This document shows positions 48,161-60,470 of a stretch of DNA of 64,000 bases, one piece after another (positions within the stretch are counted from its first letter, which is position 1; the number at the start of each line of letters is the position of its first letter). A program made the position numbers and the translations under genes. The notes beneath the pieces were generated by a model. The model was not told where the DNA came from. It searched no databases and was given only the letters and a program-made list of their open reading frames with translations. Source of the stretch: Mobula hypostoma. Lineage: Eukaryota. The DNA lies in contig NC_086101.1 of NCBI RefSeq assembly GCF_963921235.1, positions 28,954,001 to 29,018,000 of the forward strand. Reading direction: 5' to 3'.

Positions 48161-50334
48161 ACTAAAAATCTTTATGTAACGTCATCATGTCAGACCAGCC
48201 TCTTAAAGCAAAACCCCAAATCAATTTCAGTGGTTGTGGATTATGTCCATTTTTCCCAATTACGTTACCCTACAATATTTCCCTGACAGTGGCACATAGA
48301 TCTATAGAGTGATGAAGAAGGCATATAGCAGGGTTACCTTCATTGCTCTTGGCACAGAATATAAAAGTTGGTAGATTATGTTGCAACTTTACAAGATAGG
48401 TTATGCCACTATTGGTGAATACCACATTATGGAATGTACTGGCAATGGAGAGAGTCTGGAGAAAATTCTGTGTTTGTCTGGATCCACGACCAACCCTCAT
48501 CTCATTATTAACATCAGGATGATGTCAAGAAGTCCGAAAACCCACACTAAGCAATTCAGAAACAGTTTCTCCATTATCCAGTTTCTAAACGGTCTGCAAA
48601 CAGTATGTCGTTATTCCTCTCCTCACTACTTATTTTGTGTTTCTGCACTGTCACTCTGCAACAAAGCAAAAGTGAAGCAGAGAATTCATCATTCACCCTC
48701 TGGTGTTCCAGACTCCATCCTTGGCACCAGCCACACGCGAGTGTCCACAGTCAGGACCCCAAACTCTGGCTGTACACATTCCCATAGACAGCTGTGGAGG
48801 TTAAATAACTTGGGTATATTTAAAGCAGAGCTGATAAAGTCCTTGATGAGAAAGTACATTAAGGTTATAGGGAGAAGGAAGAATGGACTTGAGGGGGAAA
48901 AATAAATCAACCATAATTGAATGGCAATCTCGATGGGCTGAAAGGACGGATCCCATGCTTATGTCTTGCTGTCACACCCCATTCATACTCTGGACATCCA
49001 GCTCACTTCCTGGGATAATGAGTCAGCTAGACACCAAACTGTCTAAATTCTGGGATTTTGAATGGTTACGAACATCAAAATCATTGGCCGATGTACAACT
49101 TAAGCTCGCAAACTAGGGCAGGGTCTGTCTCAAGACTGTCCCATCAGTAAGCTTGAAGACAGTCTCCTGTGGAATCTCCAGCTGCAAGAGACACCATGGT
49201 CTGGGGTAGTGTCTAGTGCTCACAGTGCAGAACAGATCTAGATCTTTGTACACGGGTAAGCATGCGAGGACTCTACAGAGAGTGATTTGACTCCACAGAC
49301 AGTAGGTCAAACTACACAGGGTTGTAATGAATAGTGGGGTATTAGTAAGGAGTTTTAGGAAAGGAGTCTGGGATCTAGCTACTTGAGGGACAGGGGCCAG
49401 TAGCTTGCAGCAGATACAGAAGTGATAAACCTTCAGGTTTTGAGGGGTTGGGATGGTCAAACAAAGGAAGATGGAGATCGAAAGGGTGATGCATGTAATG
49501 ACAAAGTGGGGAGAGTGTTTCCCTAGAGGAGTTGAACACAGAGGAGAAAGGCTTGAAAGATGGATATATACACACAAAAAGCTGGAGGAACTCAGCTTGA
49601 CAGCAGGACCTATGGAAGGAAATAAACAGTCAAAGTTTTGGGCCAAGACTCTTCATCATGATGGGTCTGTTGGAGGCTCACAAGGTAAGAAACGAGTGGT
49701 CACTTTTTTACGAAACCAGAAAGCGAAGGAACAGGCAGTCAAATAGTTCTTTGTGAATCACAGAGTAACATGACATTAGCAAACCACAGCTCTGGTTGTA
49801 AATGGTCAGTGCAGAAAAACAGCCCTGCAACAGATTCAAAGTCCATTTATGATCAAAGCATAAGTATACGTTCCTAAGATTCGTCTTCTCCACAGACAGC
49901 CATGAAACAAAGAAAACCAAGGAACCTACTCAAAGAAAAACATCAACCCCTCCCTCCATGCAGAAACAGAAAAATGAGCAAAAACACAGCATATAAAACA
50001 TAACATTGAAAGAGTCCAGGCATATTCAGTTCAACTCAATTCGATATCTGCAGTCCACCCGATCAAAAACACCCAAAAATAGCAAACAAAGAGGAGCAAC
50101 TAGAAACAAGAAATGCATCATAATATGAACCATATTACAAGGAAAGCAAAAGTAGAAGTGATAAGACTAGAATATGCAAGGAAAGTGAAGTGAAAGAGAA
50201 TGAGATCAGTTTCATACAGGGTGAAAGTGCTGTTGGCTGGGAAGTATCAACTCAGCACCCTATGGTCAGGGGAGCCGTGCTAAAGGATTGTTGTACCTTG
50301 GGAAGCTGCTCAGTCAGCAGAGAAGTTTTCTTTA

Positions 50335-51055
50335 AAAAATAAATGGTTCATTTAATATCACAGAATATAGTATACAGTATACAACCTGAAATTCTCACTC
50401 TTCACCAACATCCATGAAACAAGAAAACCCAAAAGAATGAATAACACAAAAATGCTAGAAACCCAAAGGCCCCCCACGCGCATGCAGCAACAAAGCATCA
50501 ACCCTCCCCCTTGCCCCACTTGTTTCAGCAGGAAACATCAATGCCCACTACCTGCCAAGCAAGCAATAACAAATCCCCAAAGTGAGACCATGATCTGCAG
50601 TCTAACAAGAACCATTGTTCACCCAACAATTCAACATGGCGCAGACTCTCTCTTTCTCACTAACAAGGGAGAGAGAGATGGCACCCTTTCCAGAGAGAGG
50701 GGAGTCCAACAAACAGCTCGCTGTTACGACGTTACAATCTGCAGCATCGCTTTTATTCCAAGTTTCTCCGAGAGAGAGAGAATGCAGAGGCCTCTGACAG
50801 CTGCACCTGCTTTCACGATGTTCTGTCAGTTGTTCTCCTGCGATGCCTCAGTTGCTGACACCAGCAAGGACTCGAGGCCACAGGGGCTCCTTGAAGCCAC
50901 ACCCCGAAGCTGCAAGTCTTTCAAGCCTCTCCTGGAGGTGTCGAAAACAGCCGATTGGCGAGCTCCAGAAGCGAGATCCCACCGCCATAACGAACTACCA
51001 TTTGAGTGCAGCTATAGATCACAGAATTCAACAGAACCTCAGCCACCTTGAAAAG
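50335..51055 (-). mobile_element. Non-autonomous repeat, same family as 17545-18345
   Basis: catttaatatca..catccatgaaacaagaaaacccaaaagaatgaa is the reverse of the 3' end at ~18240-18330. Confidence 0.55.
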
Positions 51056-51917
51056 GTAAAAAGAGACATTAAAGAAAAGAATTTAAGCTCTTTCTCAGTC
51101 CCTCCATATGTGATAGCAGAAGGAACTTTGTATTGGCTGCACTGCCACCCCTGTACCCCATCATTAACCCTACGCCTTAATTGTTCATTCGCTTGCCCCA
51201 TAGACTGTCATGTTGAAGCTAAAGTTCACTAGGATTGCAAAACAAATTCTCTCCACAAACTCCATTGATGCCCATCCCCAACAACATAATCAGGTTTTGG
51301 TTTCTGCCTGGAACAAGGTCTCGGACTAACTGCATGAACAGAACAAAGGATAAGCCATTCATCCCATGAAGCTGTGCTAATTCATACTAAATGCCCTCCT
51401 CTGGTGTATCATCCATACCCTTCATATTGTGCCTACCTATAAGTCCTTAAACCCCATCAAACTACTTGATTCATCTACTATCTCTAATAACTAAGCACCT
51501 ACCACTCTCTATAAAAAACTTCTCCCCCTAACCTTGAAAGTATGCTCTCTGGCATTTGATATTGCTACCTTTGGGAATAGATTCTGACTGTCCAACCTAT
51601 CTATTGCTCTCATAATTTTAAACATCTCAATCAGTTCTCACCTCAGTCTTTGATGCTCTACGGTTAAAAAAAAGGTTTATCTAACCTTTCCTTAAAGTTC
51701 ATAGCCTCTAATCCAGGCAGCATCCTGCAGACCTCTCATGTACTCTCTCCAGTCTCCACATCCTACTGCCTATAAACTCCCTGGGATCACTGGAAAATGT
51801 ATTATCCCATGTGTAACATGTGAAAAAATATGTTTAGAAGCTGATAGGAGTGATATCCAAAACTCTGGAATACCCGTTGGTCTGATACCACTGAAAACCT
51901 AAGGGTGCTGGATTATT

Positions 51918-52020
51918 CCTTCAGTTAGTCCTGACGAAGGGTCTCGGCCTGAAAAGTCGACTGTACCTCTTCCTAGAGATGCTGCCTGGCCTGCTGCGTT
52001 CACCAGCAACTTTGATGTGT
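51918..52020 (+). mobile_element. 103-bp solo Penelope pLTR/hammerhead unit with 14-bp TSD
   Basis: TSD GGTGCTGGATTATT at 51904-51917 and 52021-52034; core CTGACGA..GAAAAGTC. Confidence 0.85.
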
Positions 52021-55000
52021 GGTGCTGGATTATTGACTGTTTAATTATAGAAGTCAAGAAAGTTGAACACACACATTATTAGAATCATATTTACTATCTT
52101 AATTAAACTGAATGGGAAGTTTTTCTTACCTCTCCTCAGTTAAGACAATCCGCTTCGTCCTGGTTCTTGTTGTCTCTCCTCCTGAACCAGCCAGTTCCTC
52201 CTACACCCTCCATGGATGCCCCACCCACTGAAATTCTCCAGCAGTTTGTCTGTGGCTCCACATTCGAGCATCTGTAGTCTCCTGTATCTCCATTTCATTT
52301 TTCCTATTCAGGTAAGCAGCCTGTTGTACTTGTCTTGGGAAAATCTGGCCTGGAATTGGCAGCTGGAATTCCAGACTAAGAGTAATCCATTCTCCACACA
52401 GTATCCTGTTATCAGTGAGCGGAAGAGTACGTTACTTCCTCAGCCTGGGAATAGTCTATTTCCTGGTTCATTGCTTGGTAAGTTTTGGAAGATTTGGGCA
52501 AATTTTATCGAGGATTGCTCAGAATACCCCTCCCCCCCCACGAGGATAGAGTCTGTGATTATAAGTAGAGTTCTGCAGAGGAAGGAGAAATTTACTCCAA
52601 TGATCCCTTTTTCCCAGGACTGAAATGCCTAGCATGGGAGGGCACAGTTTTAAGGTGTTGGAAGTAGGTACAGAGGAGATGTCAGGGGTAAGTTTTTTAT
52701 GAAGAGTGGTGAGGGTGTGGAATGGGATGCCGGCAACGGTGGTGGAGACAGATACAATAGGGTCTTTCAAGAGACTTGTGGACAGGTACACGGAGCTCAG
52801 AAAAATAGAGGCCTATGGGTAACCCTAGGTAATTTCTTAGGTAAGGACATGTTCGGCACAGGTTTGTGGGCCGAAGGGCCTGTATGGTGCTGTAGGGTTT
52901 ATATGTTTCTATGATCTCAAATGAGAAGAAAATTGACACAGAAAGTGCCAGAATGCGTACAGGGAATCTGGAACTTGAAGGTTCAGTTTCAAGGCGAGAG
53001 GAAAGGCAATGAAATGAGATCCTTGGAGTAAGTGTTTTGTACTGAGATTGCTGAATATCTGGAATGAACAGCCAGAATGATGGAGGCAGATACAACATTT
53101 CAAAAAACTTGGACAAATACCCGAATAGGAAAGGCATACAGGGATAGGTGCCTAATGTGGGTAAACAGGATTGTTGTAGATAGGCACCATGGGTTGGTAT
53201 GAATGAAGTGGGCCAAAATGGCTCATTTCTGTACTCTACACTTCTTTGATTCTGTGATAATTGCATAATCAGGGATCATGGACTAGTTGTTTGTTGACCG
53301 AAAATTAAATGTTAGACAGAAGTTACAAGTAAATGAAATAAACTTGGAGTATCCCTCCAGGCCTTTGAATTCACCCAGCTTAGCCAGTGTTACAAATGCT
53401 CTGGGCTATATAGTGATGCAGTAGTTACAACTGCTGCCTCACATCTCCAGAGACCAAAGTTCAGTCCTGACCTCCGGTACTGTCTGTGTGGATTTTGCAT
53501 ATACTCCCTGTGAATGCACTTTGTCCCAGGTACTCTGGTTTCCTCACTACTCACAAAAACATGCAGTTGGTAGGTTAAAAGGGCGCTGTTTATTGCATGT
53601 AGGTCAGTGGGAGGTATGGAGAAGCTTGACAGGAATACAGGAAGATTAAAATGGGTTAAGAGTACGATTGTACGACTTCATCACTCAATTAACCAATACT
53701 TTGTTTGAAAGTCAGAATAAAACAGCATAGAAATTGGCCTTTCAGACCAACTTCTCCACGCCAACTAAGGCGCCTATCGAAGCTCGTTCCACTTGCTTGC
53801 CATTGGCCTATATCCATTGGCTTTCATTTTCATTATTCAAAGTTTCTCACTTAAAGCTATGCTCCCGAGGTGTTGCTCCCCTGGGGAATTTCTGAACTGA
53901 GCAGCAATGTGTTCAATGTCTGGGCCTGTGTTACAAATTAAGCTCAGGGCCTCCATCCATCTAGATATACATTTACCAAGGTCCCAATAGATCACCATTG
54001 GCAACTTATTGAAGAGTTGGGGAGGTGGGAATGGGAGAGAAGAGGTAACCTATGGGGATGCGGCAGGGGGCAGACCAGCAATGATTATACTGAATGGGAG
54101 GGAAGGCTTAAGAGACTGAGTGGCCTACCCCTGCTTCTATTTTTTGTATTATTGTGAAACTATGGAGGATCAAGGTTTATTTTTTGTGGACTACATGGTT
54201 AGGTTAAAACGAAGGACTGCCACTTTAGCAACAAAGTCTCTGAACACATATTATTTCTGTGCTCTTGCATTTCTAACCTCACCTGTTAACCAAACATGGA
54301 GAACATGAGTGAGTTTTTCCTTTCCATGAGATTTGTTTTGCCACTAAAAGACAATAGAAAGAACTGGCACGTTGATTTTTCATTTGTTCAACATTCTAAA
54401 TTTTTATTTAGCGTGATACTGACATGGTGTCAAATCATTTTCCTTCTGATTTTACTTTACATCATCTTTAGAGTTCACAGTGAAGTAATATTTACTCAAG
54501 CACACAAAAGCAGTTTGAGTTGCATTTGGTAAATACATTTCATCATACAGAGGTAGTCATACTGTACAGAAATCTACAAAGTACTATATCCTTAATAAAT
54601 TATGGACAACATTACTCCAGTTCTCAAATGTTTCAATGCACCAAAACTCATCATCAATCCATAAATCAGCAACATGTTTAAACCCCGCCTGTTGTATCAT
54701 TATTTTGAAAGCTGTCCTGCGTTCACTGTGTCAGTTCCTTGATTTCATAAAAATCTGTCCCACCTTCCTGAGTTATTTAACCTTTTCATCTGGTAATTTT
54801 TCAGCAATGTAACATATTAAGAACAGTTTTCAGTGTAAATATGACTTAAACTTTAGCATTTTTTGTTGCTTCACTTTAGCACATATACAGGTATTAGTAT
54901 CCCAATAAAAGGCCAATGGTAACTTTCAACATGGGCCATACTTGGGCTATCAACTGATCTTGTCAACCGATTGTGGATTGCTTGAATACTTTTACTACTT

Positions 55001-56809
55001 GATCTGGATATCCTTGAGGGAGGCTGGGCTATTTCATGTCTGTTCCTTCATCACAAGACCACAAACATTGCCATGAAAAAACAATCAAATTACGATTCTG
55101 TCCTGCACTTTGCTGATTCTGATTAGGAAGTTATTACAATGTATACAGGTGCCACAGCAGCAGAGCAGTTAGAGCAATGCTATTACAGCTCAGGGTATTC
55201 TGGAGTTCGGAGTTCAATTCTGGCGCTGATCTGTAATGATCTCCGTGGAATGCGTAGGGTTAATTTGGTTGGTCAGGGGTTGCTGGAACGGTGTGGGCCA
55301 AAGGGCCAAAAGGGCCTGTTCCATACTGTATCACTAAATAAATAAATATCTGATGACATTTTTTTCCTCTACCTTATATTTTCAATCAGTTCATTGATTC
55401 AATTTCTGCATACTATTAAATACAATTCTCTTTCTCATGAGCTCTGAAAAAAATTATCCAGTACAAAAGAAAACCTAGATTGTGTGTCCACTTTGTGTAT
55501 GTATTGACAGTGTTTATTCACTATAACATACACATTTTTCCAAAACAACTGTTCCTGTTTCACTTCTAGAAACTGAACAGACTTCCAGCCATTAATAACA
55601 ATGGACTAAGGTTTATCATTCATCAATTTCACTTTCTGAAAAAGGGTTTTCTTCCAATACCCAGGAAGCATCAAGTTTGCTTTACACTATTTTATTGTGA
55701 TGAAAGTAGAGTTATCCCTTCATATCCCATATAAATTTTCCCTTACCAGATCTATTTATTTAGAGATACAGTTTCTGGCCCAACGAACTGTGCCATCAAA
55801 CAACCCATCTATTTAACACTAGCCGAATTACAGAACAATTTACAATGACCAATTAACCCTTTAATTGGTATGTCTGGATTGTGGGAGGAAACCGAAGCAC
55901 CCATAGGAAACCCACACAGTCACGAGGAGAACGTAAAAATTCCTTACAGACGTGAACTCCGATATCCGAAGCCCGGAGCTGTAATGGCACCATGCTTAAA
56001 GCTACACAACTATGGCTCCCAATGCAGTTACATATGCAACATTTTTCATCCATTCTAATTTCAGAATGATTCCTGGGCTTGGCTCTTTCACATGAGAGGT
56101 GGTATCTGCCTGCAGTGAATGGTTCAGGTAAAGCTTTCAGGCCATATTGTAACATCAGAAACTCTCAACGTCTGAACTAAGGTCTAAAATTTTCAATGCT
56201 CATGTTACAAGCATGAAGCTTTCAGTGATCTGCCAAATAGCTATTCATGTGGTCTTGAAGCAGAATGAAGTTTTTCCACTGTATCTTGGTGCATATGACA
56301 ATAATAAATAATAAAGTAAAAATAAATTTCAATTAAACAATAAATTGCCTTTGTTTTGAAAATATTGTAGTACAGTACATTAAATCCATTATGCTCATTA
56401 ATAAAATGAAACCTGCTATGACATATATTCACTTGTAAATATTAGATTTTGTTCATATTTACCATCAAAACAAAGAACTGTTTGTGCAATGACAATAATT
56501 ATTAATGAAGAAACTTCACAAGCTGGTTATAGACTGTGACAGATCACTTGGATGCACAAGGTCCTCCGCCTGTCCGTGAAGATCTAGCTGACCCTAACAG
56601 TACTGTAGCCACAACACCACACAGTACATTTGCAAGTGAAGAGCAACTAATAGGTTCCCTTTAAGCTATCTACAGAGACCTTTTGGTTCCTGAACAGTCT
56701 AAGTTAATTCTGCAGTAAAAAGAAAAAATGTCACAGCAATAAGAAAAATCACTAATATAGAAATATCCTGGGGGATACCATGCAGACTGTGAAGAATCTC
56801 AGGATAATG

Positions 56810-57075
56810 TCCAATACTGGGAGCATGCAGACAGAGAATCTGTCATTGGGAAAGGTCCAGGGATGGAGCCTAACATTGGGAGAAGCTGAGGGAGAAGCCC
56901 AACTTTGGGGGAAGAATGATGAGAAAGACTGACATGGGGGTTTCTGGAGTCACAGCCTGACACTATGGAGAATTCACGGCATGTGGGCAGAGTCTGACAC
57001 TGAGGGGAATCCAGGACACATCCGACAGCCTAATATTGGGGAAGTCTGATGACCGAGACCAACACTGGGGTGAAC
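56810..57075. repeat. Degenerate ~29-36-bp minisatellite, ~9 units
   Basis: Recurring head (c/t)ct(a/g)aca(c/t)tgggg with divergent tails. Confidence 0.55.
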
Positions 57076-57125
57076 CTAGGTCTGACCACAATGCTGCTGG
57101 ATGTAACACTTTGCCAGGCTGAGAA

Positions 57126-57232
57126 AGTTAGTCCTGACGAAGGGTCTCAGACCAAAACATTGACTGTACCTCTTCCTATAGATGCTGCCTGGCCTGCTGT
57201 GTTCACCAGTAATTTTTATGTGTGTTGCTTAA
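57126..57232 (+). mobile_element. Older solo pLTR/hammerhead unit (degenerate core)
   Basis: gttagtcctgacgaagggtctcagaccaaaacattgactgtacc..gtgtgttgctt; no TSD seen. Confidence 0.75.
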
Positions 57233-58989
57233 CATCCCATGTGTTTGTTATTTGTGGATCAAAGATCATCAGCCAAGTGTTCATAACTCCACAATGCATG
57301 TTTTCAGATGCTCTAGCGGCCTCCACACAGCACTTCACTGTCCCCAGTAGTGCTTTCTGATAGTTACCAACACCATAAGATTATTACTCCTGTTTCTACA
57401 ATTCAGTTTGTCATGTGATACCAAGACTCTCCAACTGTTTTGAAGTGTTGGGATCAATGTCACAGCTTCTCTGTATATCTGATATGGAACATGCAAGGAA
57501 CAATCAATTCTAACATGTTAGAATGGGACTTCTAGGGAAGGGAATGCTGGCTACCCAGCTGTAAGGGAGTAAACAAAACAGCAGAAACAACCATAACAAC
57601 CAACATACACTGCGAACACTATGGGAGAGAGGGAGAGACAGGGAGAAACCAAAAATAGTAGCCAAGATGACAGAAAGCAAAAAGTTCCTTCTGTACTGAT
57701 TATTTCCATGCAGTGTTTTAGTTATCTGTGCATCTGTGTCTTGCTTTGTTTGTCCATTTAAGTTCCCTTGTTTTGTTCATCTTTGCTCAGTCTGGAGTTT
57801 ACCTACTGTTGAGAAGTGATTCTCGAGTCCTAGCCTGTATTCTCTGCTAATCAACCCTCAAATGTAGATCCTTTGTTCAATTCCATCCTCAGCTCTGATC
57901 TCCTCTGCACTTGGGTCCACCTAATCTAACTTTCTTCTGGTAGTTCACTGACTAAAGGTACAGAATTTCATAACAACCCTGGTTCAAACCCAGCCTGACA
58001 ACCACTCCTGTTATATTATTGAAGTGGCCTTCAGAATGTTGTAGCAGAAACTGTTGACAAGATCTACCGCAGCTCCATTCTATTGATGCTACAGGAGTGA
58101 TAGATGGCAGATATCACACTGATCAAATGGGCAGGATAGTGCTAAGGTTTTGTAATGGTGCAGTAATTGTGTTGTTATTGTTGAGCTCAAAATTTTCACC
58201 CATACACTTGCTATCATTCTAGGCATTGGAAATGCTAGGGGGCTTTAGATACCACTCTATACAGGACTGTGCTATATGACTACAGCCAAGGTACTTATGG
58301 TGAATGACTCATCAATGATAAAGTGTTCAATGTCAAAGAGAGGTGGCTCAATTGTTCCTTGTTGGAAATAATAACTGTCCATCCTTTGTAAGATATCAGC
58401 CTGAAACTGGAATTTGTCGTATTAGTACCTAAGTAAATGTGAATGAAGAGAAGCTCAGAACATAGAACAGTAACGCACAGGAACAGACCCCTCAGTTCAC
58501 AATATTGTGCCAAATTTATTACAAGTAATTAAATGTCCAACTAAATTAATCCTTTCTGCCTACACCATGCTCATATAATTCTATCTCCTGTACATTCATA
58601 TATCTATCTAAAAGTCCTTTGAATGCCGTATTTCCCCTCCACCACCACCCTAGGCAATGCACTGCAGGCGCCCACTACTCTTTGTGTAAAAATACTTGCT
58701 CCACACATCTCCTTTGAACTTACTCCCTCTCACCTTAAATGTATGCCCTCCTTGACTAGACATGTCAACCTTGGAAAAAAAGATACTAGTTGGCTACTCT
58801 TTATCTTTTCCTCTTAAAACCTTATATATATTATTTTATATTGTTAAGATAACACTGGTTCTCATTTGTGACTTGCTGTGGGCTGCAGAATATTGTTTCA
58901 AAATTCCTCTTAAATATACTTCTTTTGAATTATTTTCACTGCAATCTGCAGTGTAACTTTTCTCTTAACAATGGACTTGTAAATCGCCT

Positions 58990-60360
58990 TACTGAAGAAT
59001 CCGAACTAGTTAGGCACGGCACTTTTAAGTCTCATTGCCATGGCAGGAGAGAAGGAATCCAAGCCAGGCTGAAACACAGAGGGATGAGGCCTCCTCCACC
59101 TGGCATCTTGTTGGCAAATGTGCAGTCGCTTGAGAATAAAACTGATGATTTGAGGACAAGACAGCTGTATCAGAGGCAGATGGGAGACATTTCAATTATT
59201 TGCTGTATTGAGACACACCGGATGCAGCAGTCAGTCCAGAAGGATTTATGATTTATAGAATGGACTGAAGTGCTGACTCGTGTAATGCAGTGGGAGGATG
59301 TGTCTGTTTCATGGTCAATTCCCACTGGTGATCCGACATGCCAGTTCTGTTGAACTCCTGCTCCCCTAACTTGGAACACTGAACAGTTAAATGCCATCCT
59401 CAGGAGTTCTCGTGTGTAATCCTGATTGCAGCGGCAGACTATAATCATGCACTCACGTCGCTGCATAATGCCATCTCCAAACAATCCATCCCGAGGCATT
59501 TCAAATTATAGTCTGAGACTTCAACCAGGCTTCTTTGAAGAAAAACCTGTCCAATTATCACCAGCATTTAATCTGTAACACCAGAGGTCCTAGCACACTC
59601 GACCACGGCTGTACTAAGATGAAAAAAGCCTACTGTTCCTTGCCCACACCACATTTTAGTAAATCAGATCACTTGGCTGTCCTCCTACCTGCATGCAACA
59701 AAGCCTAAAAGCAAGGCCCCAGAGATTAGGACAACTAAGGGTTGGTCGCGGAAGGCAGAGGAACGATTACAGGATTGTTCTGAGTCAGCAGACTGGGCCA
59801 TGTTTAAGCATTCATCTAGAGATCTGAATGAACACATCCTGCCTGTAATGGACTTTAATAAAACAGTTGTCAATGAGTGTGTTACAAACTAAAGTATTCA
59901 GAGTATTCCCCAATCAGAAGCCCTGGATGGACTATGAGATCTGAAACTTGCTGAGGGCCAGATCAGAAGTATTTAAGTCTGGAGACCAAGAAAGCTACAA
60001 CAGATGCTAACAACAGGAATTCTGCAGATGCTGGAAATTCAAGCAACACACATCAAAGTTGCTGGTGAACGCAGCAGGCCAGGCAGCATCTATAGGAAGA
60101 GGCGCAGTCGACGTTTCAGGCCGAGACCCTTCGTCAGGACTAACTGACTTCAGTTAGTCCTGACGAAGGGTCTCGGCCTGAAACGTCGACTGCGCCTCTT
60201 CCTATAGATGCTGCCTGGCCTGCTGCGTTCACCAGCAACTTTGATGTGTGTTACAACAGATGCTGTTATGATCTCTAGAAAGTCATCTCACGGGCGAGGT
60301 GGAGATTCCAAACCAAACTTGAATCAATGTGGGATGCTCAACACATGTGGTAGGGCTTGA
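58990..60360 (+). mobile_element. Rex1/Babar-like LINE endonuclease region, degenerate; split by the hairpin insertion
   Basis: PPPGILLANVQSLENKTDDL; NQKPWMD..; ESYNRC|.YDL.K.I.RARWRF. Confidence 0.65.
60009..60252. repeat. Inverted Penelope pLTR pair forming a perfect hairpin (103-bp arms, 2-nt loop), two hammerheads
   Basis: Arms 60045-60147 and 60150-60252; TSD TACAACAGATGCT at 59996-60008 and 60252-60264. Confidence 0.95.
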
Positions 60361-60470
60361 ACGCAAAGTTAAATCAAGCAACAGGGCTTGTCTTGCAGAT
60401 AAGCGTAATGCTTGAATTGACCTTCAGAAGTCATTTTCACTACATCTCCCAATGATCCTTTAAATCTCAG

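Noticed and set aside
48605-48787. Plus-strand ORF resembling leader + Ig V start (MSLFLSSLLILCFCTVTLQQS..FTLWC..PKLWLY)
   Set aside because: Cys-Trp spacing is wrong, there is no leader intron, and it runs into a CR1 3' end; the reverse strand explains the pyrimidine/purine pattern as a splice acceptor
54300-56240. Minus-strand fragments suggestive of a decayed methyltransferase (KILDLSS; IQQAGFKHVADLWID)
   Set aside because: Stop density is near random for AT-rich DNA and the motifs are too short; would need an HMM search
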